A stretch of DNA of 64,000 nt from Candidatus Woesearchaeota archaeon (GCA_964412025.1 CAYPLY010000002.1:33614-97613); one strand, 5' to 3'. Numbered from the stretch's first letter, positions 37,970-47,190 are shown. The notes: generated by a model not told the origin, from the letters alone. Numbers and translations: made by a program.

Positions 37970-39565
37970 TTAATAATAAGAAACAACAAGTTTAGGCCTT
38001 CTTCTTGAATAAGGATGATCTCCACTATAAATTTCTCCCCAGGTATAATTTGCTGCGGTAGAAATCTTAAATCCATAATTCGCTTCTCTTCCAAGTAACC
38101 AATTCTTAACTGTTTGTGTTACATCCCATGAATGCCAGGAGTAGACTCCTTCAGGAGAGAAATCAATAATCCCTAATGGCTCAGAATCGGGAAGATTTTC
38201 AAATGAAACTTCGGACTCTACCCATGGACCCAATAACTTGTGCAGGCTCATTGAAGGAGAGGTATTAGACTGGTTAATTATAGCATAGCCATAAACCTCA
38301 AGACTAACGGACAAAATGGCTGCATTTAATGGAATCTCTCCAATAGAAAATTGTAATAGCATCCAGTCTATTTGGCTAGAACCGCTTAAATCCCCCTCAT
38401 ATACTACACTAATTAAGGAATCACTACCAGAACTACTGTAAGAATAAGTTCCATTTGAAAAGGTAGATCTGCTTACCCATGCATCCTTGCCTAATGGACC
38501 TGGTTGAATAACTAAATTCCTTAAAGGAAAATTATTTCTCATTCTTTGTGCCAGAAGAGCTAAATCTTCTTCAAGATATTCCATTTCTTCAACATAATCT
38601 GCGTACTTACTCAAACCCATATTTGCAAGGGAAATAAGACAAGAGGTAGGATCTGCACTGGTTGTACAAGTGTAGGCAGTGGATGTTAATTTGTATTTAT
38701 CCATAAACTCAGTAAATCCGTTTTGAACATTTGCATCCTCAAGGAAATTATCTGCCATCTTGAGAAAATAATTCCCGCATGTCCAGAGCGCAAGAGGAAT
38801 AGCAAAACCTCCAGATACAAGTGCCGCGGCTCCCGAAGCAACACATGGAATTGCCCCTATGATTCTTCCTGTCCACCGAATAAAATCTGCCTTGGATTTA
38901 GTAGAATTATCAGATTTGAATGAAGATGGCCAGACAAAATCCGTTTCAACTTCTCTAACAACCTGAATATCTCCAGAGGGGAAAAGAATCCCGAAATCAA
39001 CTTTGTTTCCATTAAAATTGTCAAACATAAACACAAAGTCGTCTACCATTACTTTATCAGGCAATCCATTTTCATTGAATGTAATCCCATAATCTTTATT
39101 CTCTTTAAAAGAATGATAAAAGACAAACTTTGGAAGAAAGTTTTCCTCTTCAATAAAGAAGTACTCCTCTTTTCCAACAACCCAATACTCCCAATCAGAT
39201 TCGTTATGCACATCTACCACCGTAAAATCTGGAAGCATCTTTTTAATTGAGGTAAATGGGATCTCAATATAATTCAATTCATCTGAAGCTATAGGTACTT
39301 GTGAGGAGAATATTAAGTCAAAATCCTCATCTAAGATATCTATTTTCTGCGCCCCTTCAGGGACTCTGGCAAGATAAAAATATCCTTTTAAATCTGTATG
39401 TGTAAGCAGATTACCAGCGACTATTATCTCCAAGTTGGGAATAGGATTAGATTTGTTTTTTATAAATACATATCCTTCAAGTTCTCCAAAACCACTTGGA
39501 GGAGGATCCTCATCACATGATATTGCTATGAATATCAAAAGTGAAAAAAAGACAAATTTTTTCAT
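37970..39565 (-). CDS. Large secreted lipoprotein with carboxypeptidase-regulatory-like N-terminal domain
   Basis: ...FIAISC|DED lipobox-like; GYVFIKN...NLEIIVAGNLLTHTDLKGYFYLARVPEG resembles a CarbopepD_reg beta-sandwich; Trp-rich C-terminal domain. Confidence 0.4.
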   Translation of the reverse strand: MKKFVFFSLLIFIAISCDEDPPPSGFGELEGYVFIKNKSNPIPNLEIIVAGNLLTHTDLKGYFYLARVPEGAQKIDILDEDFDLIFSSQVPIASDELNYIEIPFTSIKKMLPDFTVVDVHNESDWEYWVVGKEEYFFIEEENFLPKFVFYHSFKENKDYGITFNENGLPDKVMVDDFVFMFDNFNGNKVDFGILFPSGDIQVVREVETDFVWPSSFKSDNSTKSKADFIRWTGRIIGAIPCVASGAAALVSGGFAIPLALWTCGNYFLKMADNFLEDANVQNGFTEFMDKYKLTSTAYTCTTSADPTSCLISLANMGLSKYADYVEEMEYLEEDLALLAQRMRNNFPLRNLVIQPGPLGKDAWVSRSTFSNGTYSYSSSGSDSLISVVYEGDLSGSSQIDWMLLQFSIGEIPLNAAILSVSLEVYGYAIINQSNTSPSMSLHKLLGPWVESEVSFENLPDSEPLGIIDFSPEGVYSWHSWDVTQTVKNWLLGREANYGFKISTAANYTWGEIYSGDHPYSRRRPKLVVSYY

Positions 39566-39707
39566 CTTCTTAAAAGTTTAAAATATTAAGACTATTTTTT
39601 GCGAATTATACAACAAGAGTTTTCAAAAACCATAAAATAATAAACGACTCATCTCAAAAGTTTTGTTCTACCCAAGTGTACAAACAAAAATACTTTTTCG
39701 GTAGTTG

Positions 39708-40481
39708 TTATATTGAAAGAATAATTCCTGCGGAGAATAAATTGTTGTCCACTCTTAATTTATATTCTGAGAAATTTGCAGTTGCCCAAGTTGTAGACCA
39801 TCTAAAATCCAAGATAGTTTTTGGAGATAAACGAATGCATGTTCCTAAAGCAACTGAAAATCCAAGACCGTCTCCATTTATGGTATCTTCATACTCTCTT
39901 TCTTTAATAAAAACTGCCTTTGGTCCTATTTCTGTGTAAATTAAAAAAGAATCTTCTTGAAAATCTCCCCAGGAGAACTTTACAAATCCTCCTACCTGAA
40001 AATAATCAAGGGTAACTTCATTCTGCGACTTTGATGCAATGTCAAGGGAAGCTCCAATTTTAAGATGAGCAAATAGCTGTTTTTCGAGACCTGCACCTAA
40101 AGATAAGTTTGTTCCAAAAAAGTCTGAAAGATCTTCATTCCCCCAGATTTGTCCGGAAATCCTCGCGAATAAATCAATATTCGAAGAGGTTGATCTTTTG
40201 ATGTAAGAAGAACTTTCTTCTGAATTAAGTTGAGGGGATAAATCAGGGAATGTTTCAATATTTCCATCCTCATAAACTATGTGAGAGATTTCTGAAATAG
40301 AGATGCTTCTTACGGGGCCTTCAAGAAATTCAATTGGTTTGTACTTAATTGAATTCTCTTGAATTTCAAGAATCTTTACTTTTATCACAGACTTGTCCTT
40401 TTTTATTAAGGATTCCTGAGATAACAAAGAGGTTGTTATAAACATCAACCCCAATATCAGAGAAAAAACTTTTGCTTTCAT
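39708..40481 (-). CDS. Secreted beta-rich protein, outer-membrane-beta-barrel-like
   Basis: Signal peptide; alternating hydrophobic pattern (DLFARISGQIWG, LKIGASLDIA, FSVALGTCIRL, FRWSTTWATANF). Confidence 0.35.
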   Translation of the reverse strand: MKAKVFSLILGLMFITTSLLSQESLIKKDKSVIKVKILEIQENSIKYKPIEFLEGPVRSISISEISHIVYEDGNIETFPDLSPQLNSEESSSYIKRSTSSNIDLFARISGQIWGNEDLSDFFGTNLSLGAGLEKQLFAHLKIGASLDIASKSQNEVTLDYFQVGGFVKFSWGDFQEDSFLIYTEIGPKAVFIKEREYEDTINGDGLGFSVALGTCIRLSPKTILDFRWSTTWATANFSEYKLRVDNNLFSAGIILSI

Positions 40482-40530
40482 TTGATTAAATTTTAAAGAT
40501 TAATTACTAAAAAAATTAGATTATACTTTC

Positions 40531-40941
40531 TCAAATAAAAACCTTCCTCAGTCCAGAGATAAGCAGGATAATTAAAAGGCAGAATACAAATGAAGGAACG
40601 CCTCCAAAGTAATACAAGAATACATCAAGCGAGAGGGAAACTCTCCTATCTACCCATTTGTATCTTATCTCGGGTGCATTAGTTTTAATCTTAGAGGAGT
40701 TTAGAGAGAGTTTGGGAAAACGGGCAATAAAAAAATCATTAACAAAAAATGTTAAAAAAGACATCAGGGAGTAAATTATCCCAAACGCTAGAAGAGCCAG
40801 TAGCACATATTTATTAATCCCTTCTATTCCTTTAAGGAGTGTAAGTGAAAGAGAAGAATAAATTCCTGCAAGCAATCCAATAAGAATAAATAATATAACC
40901 CTCATTGGAAATTCCGTTTTAAAAGATTTAATTTTTTTCAT
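40531..40941 (-). CDS. Membrane protein (4 TM), hypothetical
   Basis: Hydrophobicity only. Confidence 0.3.
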   Translation of the reverse strand: MKKIKSFKTEFPMRVILFILIGLLAGIYSSLSLTLLKGIEGINKYVLLALLAFGIIYSLMSFLTFFVNDFFIARFPKLSLNSSKIKTNAPEIRYKWVDRRVSLSLDVFLYYFGGVPSFVFCLLIILLISGLRKVFI

Positions 40942-40959
40942 TTCTTTAAATTTTAAAAG

Positions 40960-41364
40960 TTATTTAATTTTGGACAATTTTGAGTACCTATCAATAAGTT
41001 TCATTCCTCCTTCATTAAGAAAAGCTTCATATACCAAACAAAGTACAAAAAGGTTGGCTAATACAGAGCCAATAAGAATCACAAGAATCGAAGAGAGTGT
41101 ATTTGAAACACTAACCAGGGCAATAAAATAGAGGCAAGAATAACCAAGAATACCTTTGAAGAGATATGCATAGTAATATCCCCATTTATAGATTTTACCT
41201 GAACTGCTACCTGAGTAAAGGAAGGGTTCAAGAAGACATATGTAGGCATATATGTGTGCAGGAAAAAGAGGCAATAGCATACCAAGTATCCAAGTTAGTT
41301 TTCTAGATTTCAAAGAAAAAGTATATGAAATCCACAGATTAATATTTAAGATAAAATTTTTCAT
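40960..41364 (-). CDS. Membrane protein (4 TM), hypothetical
   Basis: Hydrophobicity only. Confidence 0.3.
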   Translation of the reverse strand: MKNFILNINLWISYTFSLKSRKLTWILGMLLPLFPAHIYAYICLLEPFLYSGSSSGKIYKWGYYYAYLFKGILGYSCLYFIALVSVSNTLSSILVILIGSVLANLFVLCLVYEAFLNEGGMKLIDRYSKLSKIK

Positions 41365-41417
41365 TTTGTTTAAAATTTAAATTATTAAAATTATTTTCTT
41401 TTTTTGGGACATAAAAA

Positions 41418-42100
41418 TTAGAAATTATATACAAATCCCAAAGACCAAAGCAAGCTGTTCTTTGTTCCTGGTTCTGTCTGAATGTATTCTGTAAAAGAGC
41501 CATTAACAGCAATCTTTTCATTAAATTTAACTGTCTTTTTCATACCGAACATATGGGAAGCAGAATTAGTTTGATAATGAAAAAGGACGTAGTAGAAATC
41601 AACTCCATTCAAATAAGAAGGAGAGTATGTAAATTGCTGGAATGAAAAGATAAAAATTATATCTTTTAATGAAGTCTCTCCAACTTCAGGTATTCCTGCT
41701 GACCATCCGAACCAATGATTTGTAACTAATTGATTCTTAAACATTTTAAAACTGACCATTGGCCCCGCCCAAGGAAGATTGTGATAAATTCACTAGGCTG
41801 TAAAACAATGTTTTTAGTTAGAGGGATGTCATATACAATTTGTCCTAAGACCCCGTTATAACAAAGCCATGCAGAATTTCTTCCATTTGATAAAAAGGCA
41901 TCAACATTTAATCCAGAACTAAGAGGAGTTTCTCCAGTGGTAAGAGCTATGGAAGTTAATTTCCATTCATTTTTGGAAACGCTAGCGAGCGTAGAAGATT
42001 CCTGTCCGAAAATAAAGCAATCGGAGAATGCAAGAAGAAGAGCAGTCAAGATAATGAATATCATCAACCATCTTTCACTAAAAGGTTCAGAATTTTTCAT
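41418..42100 (-). pseudogene. Frameshifted secreted beta-rich protein (two overlapping ORFs, 41726..42100 and 41418..41759)
   Basis: The upstream ORF carries a signal peptide plus lipobox-like LLAFSDC; the downstream ORF ends ...LWSLGFVYNF (C-terminal aromatic, beta-barrel-like); the two reading frames differ, so a single-base indel or sequencing error would join them. Confidence 0.4.
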
Positions 42101-42140
42101 GAGAGTATTATTTTAAATTGTTGATATTATGCAATTTTGA

Positions 42141-42434
42141 TTAATAATCTATTTTCTTTAGTAATAATCTGGAAATAAACCCACAAAGTAAAGAAAGAGT
42201 GAATAGAAAAATGCAGATTTGAAATTGGGTTGCCTTGAAGTTAAGGTTAAGCATACTAATAAAGTAATTTATGATATTCTCCAGAGTATCCCAAAATTTA
42301 ATCTTAGATTCATAAATGTATCCGTATTCAGTATATTCCATATCCAAGAAAGGAAAAAGTAGAATTAGGAGTAAAGCAAAAGTAAATGATGAGTACATCA
42401 TAAAATTTAGGAATTTAATGAGAATCTTTTCCAT
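42141..42434 (-). CDS. Small membrane protein (2-3 TM)
   Basis: Hydrophobicity only. Confidence 0.3.
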   Translation of the reverse strand: MEKILIKFLNFMMYSSFTFALLLILLFPFLDMEYTEYGYIYESKIKFWDTLENIINYFISMLNLNFKATQFQICIFLFTLSLLCGFISRLLLKKIDY

Positions 42435-42500
42435 TGTTGTTTAATTTATTGAGTTAGTATTAATTCGTTAATTTTTCATAATTTGTGATTTCGGTTTTTT

Positions 42501-42650
42501 CAGGTATTTCTAGCGCGCGAATTCGTGTGCGAATATATGTATAATATAGGGGTTAAAATTTCAGGGTATTTTAAGGGTATTTTTGGGTATTTCAGGTGAA
42601 ATAACGCATTAGGTAATAGTAATCTTTTGAGAATTATCGAGGTATTTCTC
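42501..42650. repeat. Iteron-like array of GGTATTT(T/C) repeats plus adjacent GC-rich palindrome (GCGCGCGAATTCG)
   Basis: cAGGTATTTc, cAGGGTATTTt, aAGGGTATTTt, tGGGTATTTc, gAGGTATTTc within ~150 bp of a ~450-bp non-coding region whose top strand is G/T-rich. Confidence 0.45.
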
Positions 42651-42899
42651 GTGTTTTTTCGTCTTATGCAGTGTCTGGTGTCTGAGATCGACAGTGCGAT
42701 TTTTTCACATTGTTTAAATCAACAAAGTGTTTGCACATCAAATTTAATTCAAAATCTTGTATATTCAGCTTTTATTATTTCAATAAATTGAAATTTTTTG
42801 TATGCTGAGTTGTGTTCGATTTTGTGTTTATTTGGACGTTTGTGCTTTGTGTGTTTTTGATTTATATTTTTTAGGTGAATATTATGTATCTTATTGATA

Positions 42900-44963
42900 T
42901 TAATTGGATAATCTTATTATCTTTTTCCATCCTTTATCGCTTCTTTCTTCATGTATTTTTATTAAACCTTTATTCAATAATTTGTTTTTAAGTATGTTAC
43001 CTTTTCTAGTAGAAAGTCCGATTATTTTGTAAATCTCTACGGTGCTATTGGTATGGGAGGGGTTTTCATTCAGGAAATCCAAAAATCTCTTTTCTTCTGA
43101 AAAGCTTTTAGTGTATAAATTATCCTCATAAATAACTTCAATTATAGGTTTATTTGTTATTCCTTCATTAACCGGAGTATCGGATTCATCTTTCTGATAA
43201 TTTATTTTACCCAGCTTAACTGAATTAAGATAATCCTCTTTTGTTAAGATTCTTCCAAGAGCATAATTTGTTGCTAAGAATATGTCTGCCTCTTTGTAAA
43301 GCTTTTCAGAAATTCCTCCCTCAAGTATCTTTTCTGCCTCCTTAATAGTTCTTCCTTTTTCAACTTGCTTTTTTATGAAATCATAGAGAACGTCCTGAAC
43401 AGGAGTTAGCCCTGTTTTTTCTTCAACTTCATGTACTTCGGAGATTAGAGAATTATCCTCTATATTTTTAGACATTCCTGTTTTTTTAAGATTTATTTCG
43501 ATAGGATTTATATTAGAAGTTGAGTGTGGATTGATTAGAGCTTCTCTAAATTCAGGATCACCCTTTTCAACTTCCAATCCCTGTACGACACAATCCATTT
43601 TTCCTGTAATTTTTTCATCGGAGATATTTGAATTTCTTAAATCAGTATATGGAACCTTAATTAAAAATGGACTTGTATATCTCTCTGAAAGTTTTACTAC
43701 GGCACAACCCACAGGTAACTGGGTGAAAATTTCTCTTCTCTCAGGTATCTGCATTATGGAACTTATATCATAAACATCTTGAGGTAATTGCTGTTGAAAT
43801 GCTATATGACAAGCACTATTTCCTTTTACAGTATCGCTTAATTTTGAGATATGTTGATCTAGACAGATTAGACAAGTTCCATATTCTCTCATCTCTCTGT
43901 AAATCATATCCGTAACAGATTCTGAAACAAAGTAGGTATTACCCTTTAAGAAGATATTATGTGCTTCATCGACAAGAATGGCATGATTAAACCCCTCAGT
44001 TGTCTTTTCAGAGTTAGCTTTCTTTAATTTAAATATATAAGTTAGGATATACTCTGCAAAAAATTTCTTTTCAATATTCCCCAAAGAATTTAACTCAAAG
44101 ATAACTCTTTTATCAAAGAGCTCATCGACTGAAAGACTTTTCTTACCATCATAGTTTATAACTTTACCAAAATCCCCAAAGGTAAGGATAGTTGCAATCC
44201 TAAGAGCGCTTTCATACCAGGTTGCTTCTCTTCCTCTCGCCTCTCTTGCTTTTATTTCAAGCATTTTCTTGATATGCATCCAATTGGGATAGTGTTGTGA
44301 ACCCTTGTATACCTCCCATCCTTCAAAAACCTCATCCAAGGTTTCAAGTAATATCTTGTGTACTCCAAAAGAAACACAAAAGCTCTCTGTGAGCAAATCA
44401 CATAAGGTGTTTATCCATTCTTTAGGTGAAACTCCCTTTGGAGGTATGTTAATGTTTGTCTTAAATAGATTGCTTATAGAATCATTGCCAACTGTAAAAC
44501 ACATAACTGAAGGATCTGTATTAATTAAAGATCTGAAACTTTTTTTCCAGTCAAATACCAAAAAAGGTTTGTCTTTTTCTATAAATCTCTGAAGAATATT
44601 TAATGCAAGAGTTGTTTTACCACTTCCACTCATCCCACTTATACAAACATGTCTTGGCCAGTCTTGTTCTCTCAATGAAAAGGGGAATAATTCTTTATTT
44701 GCATAAACTACCTTTGAAAGTTCATATTCTCCTGAGACTGCACTTTGAGTTGGGGGTTCAAGTAAAACTTTCTTGTCTAGAAACTCTCCTAAATATTTCT
44801 GGTATAGAGCACTTAAAATCTGAACGATTTGATTTCTTTCTTCTGGAGATTCGGACATAGAATATCTGAAGTAAAGCTCGTCTATTTTTCTCCCAAGTAT
44901 TGGCTTTAACTTTGAACTTATTTCTTCTATAGAAAGAGATCTTTGATAGGTCATTTTAATCAT
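42900..44963 (-). CDS. HerA/FtsK-superfamily P-loop ATPase (DUF87/AAA_10-like) with C-terminal winged-helix domain
   Basis: Walker A CISGMSGSGKTT; Walker B AILVDEAHNIF; C-terminal KIIGLSTRKGNILKNKLLNKGLIKI wHTH-like; 687 aa. Confidence 0.6.
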   Translation of the reverse strand: MIKMTYQRSLSIEEISSKLKPILGRKIDELYFRYSMSESPEERNQIVQILSALYQKYLGEFLDKKVLLEPPTQSAVSGEYELSKVVYANKELFPFSLREQDWPRHVCISGMSGSGKTTLALNILQRFIEKDKPFLVFDWKKSFRSLINTDPSVMCFTVGNDSISNLFKTNINIPPKGVSPKEWINTLCDLLTESFCVSFGVHKILLETLDEVFEGWEVYKGSQHYPNWMHIKKMLEIKAREARGREATWYESALRIATILTFGDFGKVINYDGKKSLSVDELFDKRVIFELNSLGNIEKKFFAEYILTYIFKLKKANSEKTTEGFNHAILVDEAHNIFLKGNTYFVSESVTDMIYREMREYGTCLICLDQHISKLSDTVKGNSACHIAFQQQLPQDVYDISSIMQIPERREIFTQLPVGCAVVKLSERYTSPFLIKVPYTDLRNSNISDEKITGKMDCVVQGLEVEKGDPEFREALINPHSTSNINPIEINLKKTGMSKNIEDNSLISEVHEVEEKTGLTPVQDVLYDFIKKQVEKGRTIKEAEKILEGGISEKLYKEADIFLATNYALGRILTKEDYLNSVKLGKINYQKDESDTPVNEGITNKPIIEVIYEDNLYTKSFSEEKRFLDFLNENPSHTNSTVEIYKIIGLSTRKGNILKNKLLNKGLIKIHEERSDKGWKKIIRLSN

Positions 44964-45411
44964 TTAAGATTCCATTTAATTCATTTATTCTTCCTTCTTT
45001 TTCACTAAGCTCTTTCTCATATACTCTAAGTTCTTTCTTTAAAAGAGCTATATCCTTCCAACAGTTAATTTTCTCATTAAGCTGAAGCTCAGAAATCTCT
45101 ACTTTTTTATTTCTAAGAGCATTTTTCTCAATTAAAGCCTCATTTTGACCAAGAGCTCTTATGGTGCTTTCGTTACCGATTATAAGATTATTAATCTCTA
45201 ATTTTATATCTTCTGCATCTTTTATAAACTCCAAACTTAACCTCTTTCTTTCATCAACGAGTTGTTTTATTTCTTGGATGGCTTTCTTAAGAGAAGATAT
45301 TCTCTCCTGTCCCACTACATCCAACATATTTCCATCTGAAAAACCAGTTATTTCGGGTTTTTCGAGCCCAATCAGAGGGGTTTTATTCTTAGGATATACA
45401 CTCGAGACCAT
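44956..45411 (-). CDS. Coiled-coil protein, translationally coupled to the ATPase
   Basis: Heptad-rich K/E/L sequence; 8-nt overlap with the ATPase start. Confidence 0.35.
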   Translation of the reverse strand: MVSSVYPKNKTPLIGLEKPEITGFSDGNMLDVVGQERISSLKKAIQEIKQLVDERKRLSLEFIKDAEDIKLEINNLIIGNESTIRALGQNEALIEKNALRNKKVEISELQLNEKINCWKDIALLKKELRVYEKELSEKEGRINELNGILND

Positions 45412-45526
45412 AATTATTTAGTAGTAACATTATTTATAAACCTTGCTATTTTATACCTACTAATTAGTTACATCAAATTAGAGATAAAGGTTTTTATAGA
45501 GCCTTATTTTTGTAACAAGATACTAC

Positions 45527-45610
45527 GTGGGTGTGCCGGAGCGGTCAAACGGGACAGACTCAAAATCTGTTAGCTTAGTGCTTACCTAGGTTCGAATCCT
45601 AGCACCCACA
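45527..45610 (+). tRNA. tRNA-Leu (anticodon CAA)
   Basis: Acceptor GTGGGTG/CACCCAC; D-arm CCG-GAGCGGTCAAA-CGG; anticodon stem ACAGA/TCTGT with loop CTCAAAA; long variable arm; T-arm CTAGGTTCGAATCCTAG. Confidence 0.8.
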
Positions 45611-45647
45611 TAATAAGCTTTATAAACCCTCCAAAATTAACAAATTC

Positions 45648-45689
45648 ATCTGCGAGCGAAAGGACGCCCTCAGAATCTGCGAGCGAAAG
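45648..45689. repeat. Direct repeat 2x ATCTGCGAGCGAAAG (GC-rich) immediately 3' of tRNA-Leu and upstream of rpl18e
   Basis: Exact 15-nt copies at 45648-45662 and 45675-45689, followed by a partial GCGAGAG. Confidence 0.5.
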
Positions 45690-45749
45690 CGAGAGTAGAG
45701 ATAGTTAATTCTATACTCTATAATGATTATACGCTTGTAAAACTGGAAA

Positions 45750-46121
45750 ATGAAATCAAAAACAAAGATATCCAAACAAATTGAAAGAAAAGGTAATTCA
45801 GAACTAATTGAAACTGTAATTGCCGGGAAGAAACAAGAAGCATGGTTGCCCATTGTAGGTGTTCTCTCTGGGCCTAGAAAAAATAGTATATGTATAAACA
45901 TTGAACAAATAAATAAGGAAGCTAAATCTGGAGAAACAGTTGTTATTCCAGGTAAAGTACTTTCTCAGGGAGATATAGACAAAAAGATAAAGGTCGTTGC
46001 GTTTAATTTTTCAGATAAAGCAAAAGAAAAATTATTAAGTGCGAAATGTGAACTATCAAGTATATTAGAAGAAATTAAATCAAATCCTTCTGGAAAAGGG
46101 ATAAGAATACTAAAAAAATGA
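45750..46121 (+). CDS. rpl18e: 50S ribosomal protein L18e
   Basis: Order L18e-L13-S9; sequence IAGKKQEAWLPIVGVLSGPRKNS...VVIPGKVLSQGDIDKKIKVVAFNFSDKAKEKL fits L18e. Confidence 0.75.
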   Translation: MKSKTKISKQIERKGNSELIETVIAGKKQEAWLPIVGVLSGPRKNSICINIEQINKEAKSGETVVIPGKVLSQGDIDKKIKVVAFNFSDKAKEKLLSAKCELSSILEEIKSNPSGKGIRILKK

Positions 46122-46510
46122 AAGTAATTGATGGTAAAAATGCAGTTCTTGGAAGATTGGCTACTTATGTAGCTAAAGAAGCTCTGAAGGGAGAAGAGAT
46201 AAAGATAGTTAATTGTGAACAGGTAATAATAACCGGAAATAGAGAGTTTATAGAAAAAGATTTTATACAAAAAAGAAGCAGAGTTGGTACAAGACAAATT
46301 GGACCAAAGGTCTCAAGAACAAGCGAAAAAATTGTTAAGAGAGCTATAAGAGGGATGCTTCCAGATCATAGGGTAGGTAGAGGAAGAGAAGCATTTAAGA
46401 GAATAATTTGTTATACAGGACTTCCAGAAGAATTAAGAGATGTTAAAAAAATAACATTTAATCATGAAGATAAATTAAAATATATACAGGTTAAAAAAAT
46501 ATCCAAATGA
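46118..46510 (+). CDS. rpl13: 50S ribosomal protein L13 (uL13)
   Basis: IDGKNAVLGRLATYVAKEALKGEEIKIVNCEQVIITG L13 N-terminal signature. Confidence 0.85.
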   Translation: MKVIDGKNAVLGRLATYVAKEALKGEEIKIVNCEQVIITGNREFIEKDFIQKRSRVGTRQIGPKVSRTSEKIVKRAIRGMLPDHRVGRGREAFKRIICYTGLPEELRDVKKITFNHEDKLKYIQVKKISK

Positions 46511-46908
46511 AAAAAATAATAGCATCAGGAAAAAGAAAGACTGCGATAGCAAGAGCGGAGATAAAAGAAGGAGAGGGGAAGATAACCATAAATAAAAGGG
46601 ATTATCTTCATCTACACAGATTCGATGTTCTTAGAATAAAGGAGCCAATCCTTATTGCAGAGAGAGTATTAGGAAAGATAAACTTCGACGTAATTATCTC
46701 TGTTAAGGGGGGAGGAGAGAAAGGACAGATAGATGCTGCTAGATTAGCACTTGCAAGAGCAATCATAAAATTCTCTGAATCAACAGAACTAGAGAAACAA
46801 TTCTTGGAATATGATCGTAATCTTTTAGTTGCAGACGTAAGAAGGAAAGAAGCCAATAAGCCTGGAGATTCAAAGGCTAGAGCTAAGAGGCAAAGTTCTT
46901 TCAGATAA
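46507..46908 (+). CDS. rps9: 30S ribosomal protein S9 (uS9)
   Basis: GKRKTAIARAEIKEGEGKITIN...VKGGGEKGQIDAARLALARAI...RRKEANKPG...KARAKRQSSFR. Confidence 0.85.
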   Translation: MKKIIASGKRKTAIARAEIKEGEGKITINKRDYLHLHRFDVLRIKEPILIAERVLGKINFDVIISVKGGGEKGQIDAARLALARAIIKFSESTELEKQFLEYDRNLLVADVRRKEANKPGDSKARAKRQSSFR

Positions 46909-46932
46909 TTTTATAAAAGAATATTTCTTATA

Positions 46933-47190
46933 TTGTCTATGGTTAAAAGGGGTAAAAAGGTTAAGTCTGATAGGAGAGTTAGCAAGGATAAAAAAGTTAA
47001 TTGGGTTTTAACCCTTATAATGTCTATAGTCTTTGGATGTTTAGGAGTGGATAGATTTCTTATGGGACATGTTGGACTTGGAATACTTAAGCTGATAACT
47101 CTTGGAGGATGCGGGGTTTGGTGGTTAGTGGATTTAATATTAATCGCAACAAAACACAAATTTAATGGAATTGAATGGGTTCAAGATTAA
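46933..47190 (+). CDS. TM2 domain-containing membrane protein
   Basis: CLGVDRFLMGHVGLGILKLITLGGCGVWWLVDLILI matches the TM2 domain pattern (G-x-DRF-x-G...GG-x-G-x-WW-x-D). Confidence 0.55.
   Translation: MSMVKRGKKVKSDRRVSKDKKVNWVLTLIMSIVFGCLGVDRFLMGHVGLGILKLITLGGCGVWWLVDLILIATKHKFNGIEWVQD

Noticed and set aside
34248-45526. Possibility that the island is a prophage or provirus
   Set aside because: I could recognise no capsid, portal, terminase or tail proteins. The ATPase looks like a HerA/FtsK/VirB4-type ATPase rather than a terminase. A plasmid-like or ICE-like element, or a cargo island, is more consistent.
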